A stretch of DNA of 45,156 bases from an uncultured Candidatus Saccharibacteria bacterium (GCA_964366905.1 CAYIVQ010000001.1:1-45156), one strand, 5' to 3'; counted from the first letter of the stretch, positions 23,494-32,159 are shown. The notes: generated by a model not told the origin, from the sequence alone. Program-made: numbers and translations.

Positions 23494-24933
23494 CTATAAA
23501 ATATTTTTGCTTGCCGCGGTGCCGGCAACGAATCCGGTGGTCCAGCAGAGTTGGAGCGAATAGCCGCCGGATGGGCGGTCAATGTTGAGCATATCTCCGA
23601 TGATATAAAGATTGGGGAAAAGGCGCGAACGCATCGTCTTTGGATCAATTTCCTCAAGCGAAACTCCACCGCTAGTAATGACGGCTTTGTCCGCACCGAG
23701 AAGTTTGTCCGCGCGCATCGGCAGGTTTTTCAGGCAAGCGATTAATTTCATTCGCTCCTCGCGCGTGATGCTATTTACTACTGTTTCCGGATTGATTTTG
23801 CACTTCGCGATAATAATGGGAGCGAGAGCGGATGGAATAATGCTGTCCAATGAATTCCTGATTTTTTTATTGCTATGTTTTTTAAATAGATCTTTCAGCG
23901 CAATATCAAGCTGTTCGTTATTTAATGATGGGAGAATATCAAGCGACATAACCACTTCTCCGCTTTTTAAAAGTTCGCCGATTGCCTTGCTCATATGCAA
24001 TACCGCGGGTCCGCTGATACCGAAATGGGTAAAAAGAATTTTTCCTCTATTTGTATTATGAACGATTTCATTTTGAATAGCGTTGATTTTTACATCCGCA
24101 ATGCTGACGCCGGAAAGTTGTTTTGCCCATGAGTCTTTTATGGCAACCGGCACAAGCGAAGGAGTGGGTATAGCGATATTATGCCCGAGCTTTTTTAGCC
24201 ACGCAAAGCCATCTCCCGCAGATCCGGTTTCCGGGTGAGAGCCTCCGCCGGCGGCAACAATGATCGCGTTGGCATGGATTTCTTTACCGTCGCGCAATAT
24301 TACGCCAGTTGCCGTCATACGACGACTGCTCCCGTTTTGTCCAAGAGCTTTGCGATTGGCGCACAAAACGCAGTCCAGCGAGGCTTTTGCCGAGTCGTGG
24401 CTCCGCTCTCTGCGTTCGCGGGTTGCCATCATACGGTGACTGCTCCGCTCTCTGCGTTCGCGGGTTGCCTTTGGCATAGACGCGCGGGAAACAATGATAT
24501 CACTAACAGGAGAATCGGATATTACCGTTACTCCGCCTTCGCGCATATATTTCACTAACACATCCCATACCGATCTCGCGCTGTCGCTGGCGGGGAAAAC
24601 CCGCTGTTCATTTTCTATTTTAGTCGCCATCCCGCGAGTATTGAAAAAGTTGAGAGTATCTTGAACGCTCCATTGCGAAAAAGCAGAAAAAAGAAATTTG
24701 CCGTCGTCTTTAAATTTTTCCAAGAATTTTCGCGTATTAAATTCCGCGTTGGTGAGATTGCATCTGCCTCCGCCGGTGATCAAAAGCTTTTTGCCAAGCG
24801 TATCATTTTTTTCAATCAACGCCACGCGCGCTCCGCATTCAGCCGCCCGCCCGGCCGCCATCATCCCCGCAGACCCTCCGCCGATGACAATGACATCCCA
24901 TATGTTATCCGTTTTTGATTTCATATAATTCAT
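23494..24933 (-). CDS. HI0933/BaiN-like FAD-dependent oxidoreductase
   Basis: WDVIVIGGGSAGMMAA, LITGGGRCNLTN, C-terminal GGYSLQLCWTTG. Interrupted in frame by 156 nt of repeat. Confidence 0.85.
   Translation of the reverse strand: MNYMKSKTDNIWDVIVIGGGSAGMMAAGRAAECGARVALIEKNDTLGKKLLITGGGRCNLTNAEFNTRKFLEKFKDDGKFLFSAFSQWSVQDTLNFFNTRGMATKIENEQRVFPASDSARSVWDVLVKYMREGGVTVISDSPVSDIIVSRASMPKATRERRERSSHRMMATRERRERSHDSAKASLDCVLCANRKALGQNGSSRRMTATGVILRDGKEIHANAIIVAAGGGSHPETGSAGDGFAWLKKLGHNIAIPTPSLVPVAIKDSWAKQLSGVSIADVKINAIQNEIVHNTNRGKILFTHFGISGPAVLHMSKAIGELLKSGEVVMSLDILPSLNNEQLDIALKDLFKKHSNKKIRNSLDSIIPSALAPIIIAKCKINPETVVNSITREERMKLIACLKNLPMRADKLLGADKAVITSGGVSLEEIDPKTMRSRLFPNLYIIGDMLNIDRPSGGYSLQLCWTTGFVAGTAASKNIL
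24311..24469 (-). repeat. intragenic GC-rich repeat, tandem 114-nt + 42-nt units
   Basis: 24311-24424 (long) and 24425-24466 (short), plus GCC. Translated on the gene strand in the alternative frame as ATRERRERSSHRMM-ATRERRERSHDSAKASLDCVLCANRKALGQNGSSRRMT. Confidence 0.9.
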
Positions 24934-25012
24934 GATAAAAAACTATCAGAATAGTAACCCGCGGTCAAATTAATATTTGCATTTTTACCGCAATACTGTT
25001 TAATATACGCGT

Positions 25013-26041
25013 ATGACAAAAGGATTTTGGGAAAAAGATAAGTCGCTTTTCACGCTTGCGCCAATGGCGGACGTGACGGACGCGGCATTCCGGCAAATTA
25101 TTGCCAAATACAGCAGGCCTTATGGCCCCGACGCAATATGGACGGAATTTGTTTCCTGTGACGGCTTGTGTTCTGACGGCAAAGACGCACTGATGCATAA
25201 TCTCTGGTTCACGGAAGTCGAGCGCCCGATTGTGGCGCAATTTTTCGGATCCAAGCCGGATAATTTTTACCGGTGCGCTTTGCTTGCTCAAGAACTCGGT
25301 TTTGACGGCATTGATATCAATATGGGATGTCCGGATAAAAAAGTTGAAAAACAGAATGCCGGCGCGGCGCTGATGCGCAATCATGAATTGGCTCAAAAAA
25401 TAATCATTGAAACGAAGCGTGGAGCGGGAAATCTGCCTGTGTCTGTTAAAACCCGCATCGGGTACGATTCCGATATTTTAGACGAATGGCTGCCAAGATT
25501 GCTTGAAACGGAACCGGACGCCATCACAATTCACGCGCGCACGCGCAAAGAAATGTCTTTAGTGCCAGCTCGCTGGGAAGCGATAGCGCGAGCGGTAGAA
25601 ATCGCACGCCGATATGATTCTTCGCCGAATCGCGCGCTGATTATAGGAAACGGAGATATCGTGAGCATGATAGACGCGGAAGAAAAAGTGCGGCAATCAG
25701 GCGCGGACGGCGCGATGATAGGGCGGGGGATTTTCGGCAACCCATGGTTTTTTAATAGAGAAAAAGATATAAACACAATAAGCATTGAAGAAAAATTATT
25801 AGTGCTGATTGAACACGCTTTTTTGTTTGAAAAATTATTTGCCGGCAACCCGCGAACAGAGAGAGCGGAGCAGTCGTCGTATGACGGCATAAAAAGTTTT
25901 AGCGTAATGAAAAAGCATTTTAAAGCGTATGTGAGCGGATTTGACGGGGCCAAAGATTTGCGAATTAAACTAATGGCCGCGCGCGACGCCAACGACGTCG
26001 CGCAAATCGTAGAAAAATATCGTGCTTTTTTTGTAAAGTAA
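25013..26041 (+). CDS. tRNA-dihydrouridine synthase
   Basis: LAPMADVTDAAFR, DGIDINMGCP, ITIHARTR, GNGDI, IGRG. Confidence 0.9.
   Translation: MTKGFWEKDKSLFTLAPMADVTDAAFRQIIAKYSRPYGPDAIWTEFVSCDGLCSDGKDALMHNLWFTEVERPIVAQFFGSKPDNFYRCALLAQELGFDGIDINMGCPDKKVEKQNAGAALMRNHELAQKIIIETKRGAGNLPVSVKTRIGYDSDILDEWLPRLLETEPDAITIHARTRKEMSLVPARWEAIARAVEIARRYDSSPNRALIIGNGDIVSMIDAEEKVRQSGADGAMIGRGIFGNPWFFNREKDINTISIEEKLLVLIEHAFLFEKLFAGNPRTERAEQSSYDGIKSFSVMKKHFKAYVSGFDGAKDLRIKLMAARDANDVAQIVEKYRAFFVK
25847..25888 (+). repeat. intragenic GC-rich repeat, 42-nt unit, in dus
   Basis: AACCCGCGAACAGAGAGAGCGGAGCAGTCGTCGTATGACGGC read as NPRTERAEQSSYDG. Confidence 0.85.
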
Positions 26042-26056
26042 TGATAGAGTAATATT

Positions 26057-27994
26057 ATGGAACAAAAAAATATAAAATCAGTCACAAAAGGGATTGTCAG
26101 CATAACTTCGATGGGGACGGGCTATGTAACCGCCGCTGGGTTTAACGAGGATATTTTGATAGAACAACAATTTTTAAACACCGCGTTGCATGGCGACGAG
26201 GTAGAAGTTTCTTTATTTCCTAAAATAGATAAGGAAAGATTGGGCGGTGAAGTTATAAAGATATTGAATAGGGTAAAAATGGAATTTGTCGGAACAGTGG
26301 ACAAAAGAAAAGGAAGCTCTGTTGCTTTCATTATTCCCGATGACAAGAGAATGTATATGGATATTTTCTTGCCTCCGTCCGAGTCCGGCAAAATTAAAAA
26401 TAACTTAAAAGTTTTCGCGCAGATTAAAAAATGGGACGACCCTAAAAAAAATCCCGAAGGCAAGATTTTAAAAGTCATCGGCAAGAAAGGGGATAATAAC
26501 GCGGAAATGGAATCCATCGTGCTTGGGAAAGGATTTCAGATGGGATTTCCGCATAGCGTCGAAAAAGAGTCGGAGATATTGGGGAAAAAATCGAAACCGA
26601 TACCGCAAAAAGACATCGCCGAAAGAAGAGATTTCAGAAATATCACGACATTTACCATTGACCCTGAAGACGCGAAAGATTTCGATGACGCCATTTCATT
26701 TAAAAAAATCTCCGATAATTTATTTGAAATCGGCGTGCATATAGCCGATGTGTCGCATTATGTGAGAGAAGGCAGCCGGCTTAATGAGGAAGCGGCTCAT
26801 CGCGGCGTTTCCATTTATCTGGTGGATAGAACCATCCCGATGCTTCCGGAAATTTTATCCAATGACATCTGCAGTTTGAATCCCCGACAGGATAAGTTGA
26901 CATTTTCGGCAGTAATGACGATTTCCGCGGACGGGCATATTAAAAATGTTTGGCTCGGGAGGACGGTGATAAACTCAAATAAAAGATTCGTCTATGAAGA
27001 AGCTCAAAAGGTTCTGGACGAAAAAAGAGGCGAGTATTACGGCGAACTGGACTGCCTGAATAAATTGGCGAAAGTATTTAAAGGCAAAAGAATGGTAATG
27101 GGAGCGCTGGATTTTGACAAAGAAGAAGTGAAATTCAAACTGGATGAGAAAGGAAAGCCGGTGAGCATAGCTGAAAAACCGCGATTGGATGTTCATAAAC
27201 TTGTGGAAGAATTTATGATTTTAGCCAACAGGGAAGTGGCCTCATATCTTAGCCGAGAAATAAAGAAAATAAATAAAGGGGCTTCCATTTATCGCATTCA
27301 TGACGCGCCGAAAAAAGAAGCCGTGAATGAACTTTTGGTTTTTTTAAGGGCGCTGGGACATGAAATAGAATCCAAAGGAGAAAATATCTCGTCAAAAGAA
27401 TTAAACGATATTTTTGAAAAAATCAAAGGCAGACCGGAAGAGTCGCTTGTGAAAACAGTCGCCATGAGGTCTATGGCAAAAGCGATATATTCGGTCAGAA
27501 ACATCGGGCATTACGGGCTGGCACTGGAAAACTATACGCATTTTACCTCTCCGATCAGAAGATACGCCGATTTATTGGTTCACAGGATATTGGAAAAACA
27601 TTTAAAAGGCGGAGGCTTGAGCAGTCATGAGATTGCTTGGCATCATAATCTCGCGATATCGCTGTCTCAAAGAGAGGTTGACGCGGTTGATGCCGAAAGA
27701 TCTTCCATTTCTTACAAGCAGGTTGAATACATGATGGATAAAATCGGCAATGTTTACGACGGGGTGATTTCCGGCATCACCAATTGGGGAGTATATGTGG
27801 AAGAATCGCATACCAAAGCAAGCGGAATGGTAAAATTCAAAGATATGAAAGATGATTTTTATGTTTTTAACAAAGAGACATACTCTCTCGTCGGGACAAA
27901 CAGCAAGAAAAAATATTCCGTCGGCGACGAAGTGAAGATAAAAATCATCGCAGGCGATCTGGAAAGAAAAACTCTAGATTATGCATTTATTTGA
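26057..27994 (+). CDS. rnr: ribonuclease R / RNase II family exoribonuclease
   Basis: RNB catalytic region (TIDPEDAKDFDDAI, HIADVSHYV, SIYLVDRTIPMLP, HFTSPIRRYADLLVHR) and a C-terminal S1 domain. Confidence 0.92.
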   Translation: MEQKNIKSVTKGIVSITSMGTGYVTAAGFNEDILIEQQFLNTALHGDEVEVSLFPKIDKERLGGEVIKILNRVKMEFVGTVDKRKGSSVAFIIPDDKRMYMDIFLPPSESGKIKNNLKVFAQIKKWDDPKKNPEGKILKVIGKKGDNNAEMESIVLGKGFQMGFPHSVEKESEILGKKSKPIPQKDIAERRDFRNITTFTIDPEDAKDFDDAISFKKISDNLFEIGVHIADVSHYVREGSRLNEEAAHRGVSIYLVDRTIPMLPEILSNDICSLNPRQDKLTFSAVMTISADGHIKNVWLGRTVINSNKRFVYEEAQKVLDEKRGEYYGELDCLNKLAKVFKGKRMVMGALDFDKEEVKFKLDEKGKPVSIAEKPRLDVHKLVEEFMILANREVASYLSREIKKINKGASIYRIHDAPKKEAVNELLVFLRALGHEIESKGENISSKELNDIFEKIKGRPEESLVKTVAMRSMAKAIYSVRNIGHYGLALENYTHFTSPIRRYADLLVHRILEKHLKGGGLSSHEIAWHHNLAISLSQREVDAVDAERSSISYKQVEYMMDKIGNVYDGVISGITNWGVYVEESHTKASGMVKFKDMKDDFYVFNKETYSLVGTNSKKKYSVGDEVKIKIIAGDLERKTLDYAFI

Positions 27995-28000
27995 CAATAT

Positions 28001-28029
28001 TTGACAAAATACTGTTTTTCTGATAACTT
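28001..28029 (+). promoter_or_regulatory. candidate promoter of the cold-shock gene
   Basis: TTGACA (28001-28006; a second TTGACA at 27991), 17-nt spacer, TG-n-TAACTT (28021-28029). Leaves a ~55-nt leader. Confidence 0.4.
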
Positions 28030-28089
28030 TGAAATACAATTAGAGACATAGTCGAGTTTCTAGACGAAAAAATAATCAAAAAATTAATT

Positions 28090-28308
28090 ATGACCGGAAA
28101 AATAAAAACGAAAACAGACAGAGGATTTGGATTTATTACCCCAGACGGGGAAACAAAAGATATTTTCTTCCACTCCACAAAATTGAGCGGCGTCACATTT
28201 GATGAGCTCAGTGATGGCAAGGATGGTAGAGAAGCTACCGCTGTCACCTTTGATGTCGTTCAAGGCGACAAAGGTCCTGCAGCGGAGAACGTATCTCGCG
28301 CTGAATAA
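28090..28308 (+). CDS. cold-shock domain protein
   Basis: GKIKTKTDRGFGFITPDG...DIFFH (RNP1/RNP2-like). Confidence 0.9.
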   Translation: MTGKIKTKTDRGFGFITPDGETKDIFFHSTKLSGVTFDELSDGKDGREATAVTFDVVQGDKGPAAENVSRAE

Positions 28309-28322
28309 GAGCCGACGTTTTT

Positions 28323-28359
28323 AAAAACCACTCTCCTGTCTACGAGAGTGGTTTTTATT
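28323..28359 (+). terminator. rho-independent terminator of csp
   Basis: AAAAACCACTCTC-CTGTCTAC-GAGAGTGGTTTTT followed by ATT. Confidence 0.8.
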
Positions 28360-28362
28360 ATT

Positions 28363-28541
28363 AATAGGACTTACGCGCTTGAGCAGATAGGTAATTAATT
28401 CAAGAGGTATTATCTTCTCAAGCCACAAGGGTTTGCCCAATTTCTTCGTTAAAATCTGCGTTTGAGACTCGCCGTACCAATGTACGCCTCGTCTCAAGCC
28501 TCGATTTTGCCTCGAACTTAGGCAAACGCGCAAGTCCTATT
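28363..28541 (+). other. 179-nt highly self-complementary intergenic element (candidate structured RNA leader or MITE)
   Basis: Closing helix AATAGGACTTACGCG / CGCGCAAGTCCTATT (15 bp, 1 mismatch). Internal helices CTTGAGcAGATA/TATCTtCTCAAG, TTGAGAC/GTCTCAA enclosing CGTAC-CAAT-GTACG, and GTTTGCC/GGCAAAC. Confidence 0.5.
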
Positions 28542-28565
28542 CCAAACAACATTCAAAGTTATTTT

Positions 28566-30416
28566 ATGAAAAAAACCGGTCCGACAATCAGAATATTGGA
28601 ATTGTTCAAAAGCCGAAAGAAAGCGGTTCTGATAATGGCGGTTTTTATCACGGCCTCGACAGGACTTGATTTGTCCGTGCCTCTTATTTCTCAAAAACTG
28701 ATTGACAGGCTTATTGAATTTTTCAAAACAGGCGGAGCGCCGCCATTTGGTTTTCTTTTTATATCTGCAATCGGTATTTTAGCTGCTACCATCTTGAGTC
28801 GCGTCTTCAGTTCGCTTTATAATTACAATCTTTTTAAAACCGTGACTCAAGTGGAAGATGAGGCAAGACATGCGGCTTTTGAAAAATATTTGCGTTTGCA
28901 CGCTCTATTTCATCACAAATCATCAAGCGGCCAAATTATCGGCAGGATTGAGCGGGGCGGCGGGGCAATTTACGCAATCGCGCATGATATTTTCGGCCAC
29001 AATCTCATACCGCCGCTAATAGTGTTTATCAGCACATTGGGAGTGCTTTTATTTAAAAATCCATTTATCGCTTTGGTAGTATTCGTGCCATTTCCTCTTT
29101 ACCTTTTAACCATACGGCGGCTTACCGATAAAATATATAATATTGAGAAAGTGGTTAACGAGCAATTTGAAGATGTATCTAAAGAAGCGTATGACGTGGC
29201 CGGCAATGTGCTGACCGTCAAAAAATTCGCTGAAGAGAACGCGGAAGCTGCTAAGCAAAAAAGATTGATGGATAAAGCGAGGCTGACGCAATACGGAGCT
29301 GAACAGCTTTGGAATGTATTAGAAAATATCCAAACATTATTCGCGACCTTAGGTAGAATAGCGGTTATTATTTTGGGAGGCTTTCTAGTCTTGAAAGGTA
29401 TGAGCACTATCGGCGAATTTGTATTGTTCGTTTCCCTTCAAAATATGGTGTATTCTCCTTTAGTGAAATTATCAATCGTATTTCCTCGCTTGCGACGCAA
29501 CACAGCCCGCGCGGAGCGTTTATTTGATATAATAGATGAACCTATCAGCGTTACCGACAAGCTGGACGCGAAAACGCTGCCTCCGCTGGAAAATTCAATT
29601 ATATTCCACGATGTTTCATTCCGCTATGGCAACCCGCAAACGCAGAGAGCAGAGCAGTCATCGTATGATGGCCAAGCTCATCAATGGGCTGTACAAAATA
29701 TCAATATTGAAATTCCGGCGCGCGCGACAGTGGCGCTGGTGGGAAGAAGCGGTAGCGGCAAAACCACTTTTATCAATTTATTGCTTCGCTCATACGACCC
29801 GACAGAAGGAGATATATTGATTGATGGGCAGAATCTGAAGGATGTTAAACGCGAAAGTTTGCTTAAGCAAGTAGCTGTAGTTCCGCAAGAGGTAGATCTC
29901 TTTTCCCGCTCTATTTTAGGCAATATCGCGTACGGGAAGCCGGAAGTAAGTCGTGAAGAAGTCATTCAGGCGGCAAAGACCGCTCTCGCGCATGACTTTA
30001 TTATGAAAACAGAGAATAGATATGATACTATAGTAGGGGAACGAGGCATGAAGCTTTCCGGAGGCGAACGCCAGCGGATCGGAATCGCGCGGGCTGTATT
30101 GCGCGACCCGAAAATCCTGATTTTAGACGAAGCTACCAGCCATTTAGATACCGAAAGCGAACAACTAATCTCTCAAGCAACAGACGATTTAGTAAAAAAC
30201 AGGACAACTATTATCATCGCGCATCGCCTCTCCACAGTTTTAAACGCTGATATGATTTTAGTGTTCAATGATGGAAAAATTGAAGCAAGCGGAAAACACA
30301 ATGAATTATTGAAAACAAGCGCCACATATCAAAAACTTTATTCTTTGCAGTTCCGCGATAACGACAACCCGCGAACACAGAGAGCGGAGCAGTCGCCGTA
30401 TGACGACAAATCTTAA
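28566..30416 (+). CDS. ABC exporter, fused permease/ATPase (MsbA-like)
   Basis: Six-TM N-terminal half. NBD with GRSGSGKTT, LSGGERQRIGIARA, ILILDEATSHLD. Confidence 0.92.
   Translation: MKKTGPTIRILELFKSRKKAVLIMAVFITASTGLDLSVPLISQKLIDRLIEFFKTGGAPPFGFLFISAIGILAATILSRVFSSLYNYNLFKTVTQVEDEARHAAFEKYLRLHALFHHKSSSGQIIGRIERGGGAIYAIAHDIFGHNLIPPLIVFISTLGVLLFKNPFIALVVFVPFPLYLLTIRRLTDKIYNIEKVVNEQFEDVSKEAYDVAGNVLTVKKFAEENAEAAKQKRLMDKARLTQYGAEQLWNVLENIQTLFATLGRIAVIILGGFLVLKGMSTIGEFVLFVSLQNMVYSPLVKLSIVFPRLRRNTARAERLFDIIDEPISVTDKLDAKTLPPLENSIIFHDVSFRYGNPQTQRAEQSSYDGQAHQWAVQNINIEIPARATVALVGRSGSGKTTFINLLLRSYDPTEGDILIDGQNLKDVKRESLLKQVAVVPQEVDLFSRSILGNIAYGKPEVSREEVIQAAKTALAHDFIMKTENRYDTIVGERGMKLSGGERQRIGIARAVLRDPKILILDEATSHLDTESEQLISQATDDLVKNRTTIIIAHRLSTVLNADMILVFNDGKIEASGKHNELLKTSATYQKLYSLQFRDNDNPRTQRAEQSPYDDKS
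29631..29672 (+). repeat. intragenic GC-rich repeat, 42-nt unit, in the ABC exporter NBD
   Basis: AACCCGCAAACGCAGAGAGCAGAGCAGTCATCGTATGATGGC read as NPQTQRAEQSSYDG, between FRYG and the Walker A strand. Confidence 0.85.
30366..30407 (+). repeat. intragenic GC-rich repeat, 42-nt unit, forming the ABC exporter C-terminal tail
   Basis: AACCCGCGAACACAGAGAGCGGAGCAGTCGCCGTATGACGAC read as NPRTQRAEQSPYDD, 3 codons before the stop. Confidence 0.85.
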
Positions 30417-30428
30417 AAAAATAAATTT

Positions 30429-31391
30429 ATGCTTATAGACGATATCACAATCAAAATAAAGGCGGGAAACGGCGGGAGAGGGGCGGTCGCGTTCAATAAG
30501 AACATGATGTCTCTCGGTCCGGTCGGAGGAGACGGCGGAAACGGCGGGAGTGTTTACTTTGAAGGCGTTTCTGATTTAAGCGCGTTATCGCAATTCAGAA
30601 ATCAAAAAGAATTTGAGACTGAAAACGGAGAAAACGGCAGGGGACAATCCATGGACGGCGCCGACGGGAAAGATCTAACGCTAAAAATCCCCGTGGGGAC
30701 TGTTATATATAATCTTGAAACAGGGAATACCCAAGAAATAATAAAAACTCATGAAAGAATTTTAGCGGCGCAAGGCGGACGCGGAGGGAAAGGAAATTTT
30801 AAATTTAGATCGGCTACAAATAGAAGCCCGCAACAATTCCAGGAAGGCAAGGAAGGGGAAGTGTTTGCCATTCGGCTCGAACTGAAGCTTATTGCCGATG
30901 TGGGGCTTATCGGCTTGCCTAACGCGGGGAAATCCAGCTTGATCAACGAACTTACAAACGCGAAAAGCAAAGTGGCGAATTATCCTTTCACAACGCTTGA
31001 ACCAAGTCTGGGAGTATATTATGAATTGATACTGGCCGATATCCCGGGCCTTATCGAAGGCGCGTCAACAGGAAAAGGACTCGGGATAAAATTCCTCCAG
31101 CACATCGAACGGACAAAAATTCTTTTTCATCTGATTTCCGCCGAATCGGAAAATCTTGCCGGTGATTATAGAGTTATCAGAAAAGAACTGGAAAGCTACA
31201 GCAAAGAGCTTGCGGAAAAACCGGAGTATCTGTTTTTAACCAAAAGCGATATGACAACTCCAGCGGAAATAAAGAAAAAAATAATCGCTTTAAAAAAATT
31301 GAATAAAAATATCGTCGCCATCTCCATCCATGATGAAGACGCTCTGGAAAAAGTCAAAGTAATCCTGAACAAAATAAAGGAGGAGAAATAG
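30429..31391 (+). CDS. obg: GTPase Obg
   Basis: Glycine-rich Obg fold (GNGGRGAVAF, GGDGGNGGSV), GLPNAGKSS, DIPGLIEGA, TKSD. Confidence 0.95.
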   Translation: MLIDDITIKIKAGNGGRGAVAFNKNMMSLGPVGGDGGNGGSVYFEGVSDLSALSQFRNQKEFETENGENGRGQSMDGADGKDLTLKIPVGTVIYNLETGNTQEIIKTHERILAAQGGRGGKGNFKFRSATNRSPQQFQEGKEGEVFAIRLELKLIADVGLIGLPNAGKSSLINELTNAKSKVANYPFTTLEPSLGVYYELILADIPGLIEGASTGKGLGIKFLQHIERTKILFHLISAESENLAGDYRVIRKELESYSKELAEKPEYLFLTKSDMTTPAEIKKKIIALKKLNKNIVAISIHDEDALEKVKVILNKIKEEK

Positions 31392-31470
31392 CTTCACTTA
31401 GTATCATTATCATATTGCTTTCTTGTGCGTCTCTATTATTTATAGCCTTTTCTTCAGATAAAAACAGGGT

Positions 31471-32121
31471 ATGTATAAACGATATATCGGTATTTTCTTA
31501 ATCATCGCTGTTTCGGCGCTAATTTTCTGGTATTCGTTATCTTTACAGCAATATTTTCTCGTGATTATTTTATGGCTGGAAAATTATATCAGAGAACGTC
31601 AATTTTTAGGCGTATTGATTTTCATCGGCTTGGCGGCAATCTCATCAATGCTTTCGCCGTTCAGCAGCGTCCCTTTGGTGCCGGCAGCGGCAATGCTTTG
31701 GGGTAATATTTTTGCTTCGTTGCTGTTAATTGCCGGGTGGCTCGTTGGGCATACGCTAACATACGCGATAGGCCGGTATACCGGCTACCCGATCGCGAAA
31801 CGCTTGATTCCTTTCGCGAAAATAGAAGAATACCGCAAGCATTTCTCTTCGCGCTCAGAATTCATTCTTGTCTTGTTATTCAGATTATCCATGCCGGCGG
31901 AAATCCCCGGATATGTTCTCGGAATTATCCGTTACAATTTCGGCAAATATTTTCTGGCAACTCTGATATCGGAATTGCCTTTCGGGTTTCTCGTAGTCTA
32001 CGGCAGCGAAGCATTAATAATGAAGAAAACGATAATATTTTTTGTTTTAACGGCAAGCGGAATCGCGACAATGAGCGCGATGTTTTACTTATTCACTAAA
32101 AAAATAAAATCCCGCCGTTGA
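31471..32121 (+). CDS. TVP38/TMEM64 (DedA-related) membrane protein
   Basis: Polytopic, with the pattern GxxxG...RLSMPAEIPGYVLGI typical of the VTT/SNARE-associated family. Confidence 0.7.
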   Translation: MYKRYIGIFLIIAVSALIFWYSLSLQQYFLVIILWLENYIRERQFLGVLIFIGLAAISSMLSPFSSVPLVPAAAMLWGNIFASLLLIAGWLVGHTLTYAIGRYTGYPIAKRLIPFAKIEEYRKHFSSRSEFILVLLFRLSMPAEIPGYVLGIIRYNFGKYFLATLISELPFGFLVVYGSEALIMKKTIIFFVLTASGIATMSAMFYLFTKKIKSRR

Positions 32122-32130
32122 AATTTCTAT

Positions 32131-32159
32131 TTGACTAATTACATTATTTGCATTATCAT
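32131..32159 (+). promoter_or_regulatory. candidate promoter
   Basis: TTGACT, 17 nt, TATCAT. A strong SD (AAGGGGGGTGA) lies just before the ATG at 32217. Confidence 0.4.

Noticed and set aside
24311-24469. A possible CRISPR array or other spacer-containing array formed by the 42-nt repeats.
   Set aside because: The units are head-to-tail with no spacers, there are at most two units per locus in the window, all lie inside ORFs, and no cas genes are present.
24235-24558. Track ORFs antisense to, or out of frame with, real genes that run through the repeats (24235-24558 +, 5047-5352 +, 5061-5372 +, 29536-29820 +, 44909-45133 -), with recurring peptides such as TAPLSAFAGC.
   Set aside because: They exist only because the repeat is almost stop-free in all six frames. 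Each lies inside a well-supported gene on the other strand or in another frame.
28321-28533. A minus-strand 70-aa ORF covering the structured intergenic element.
   Set aside because: It has an arginine-rich, low-complexity composition, no RBS, and spans a terminator hairpin. It is more plausibly non-coding.
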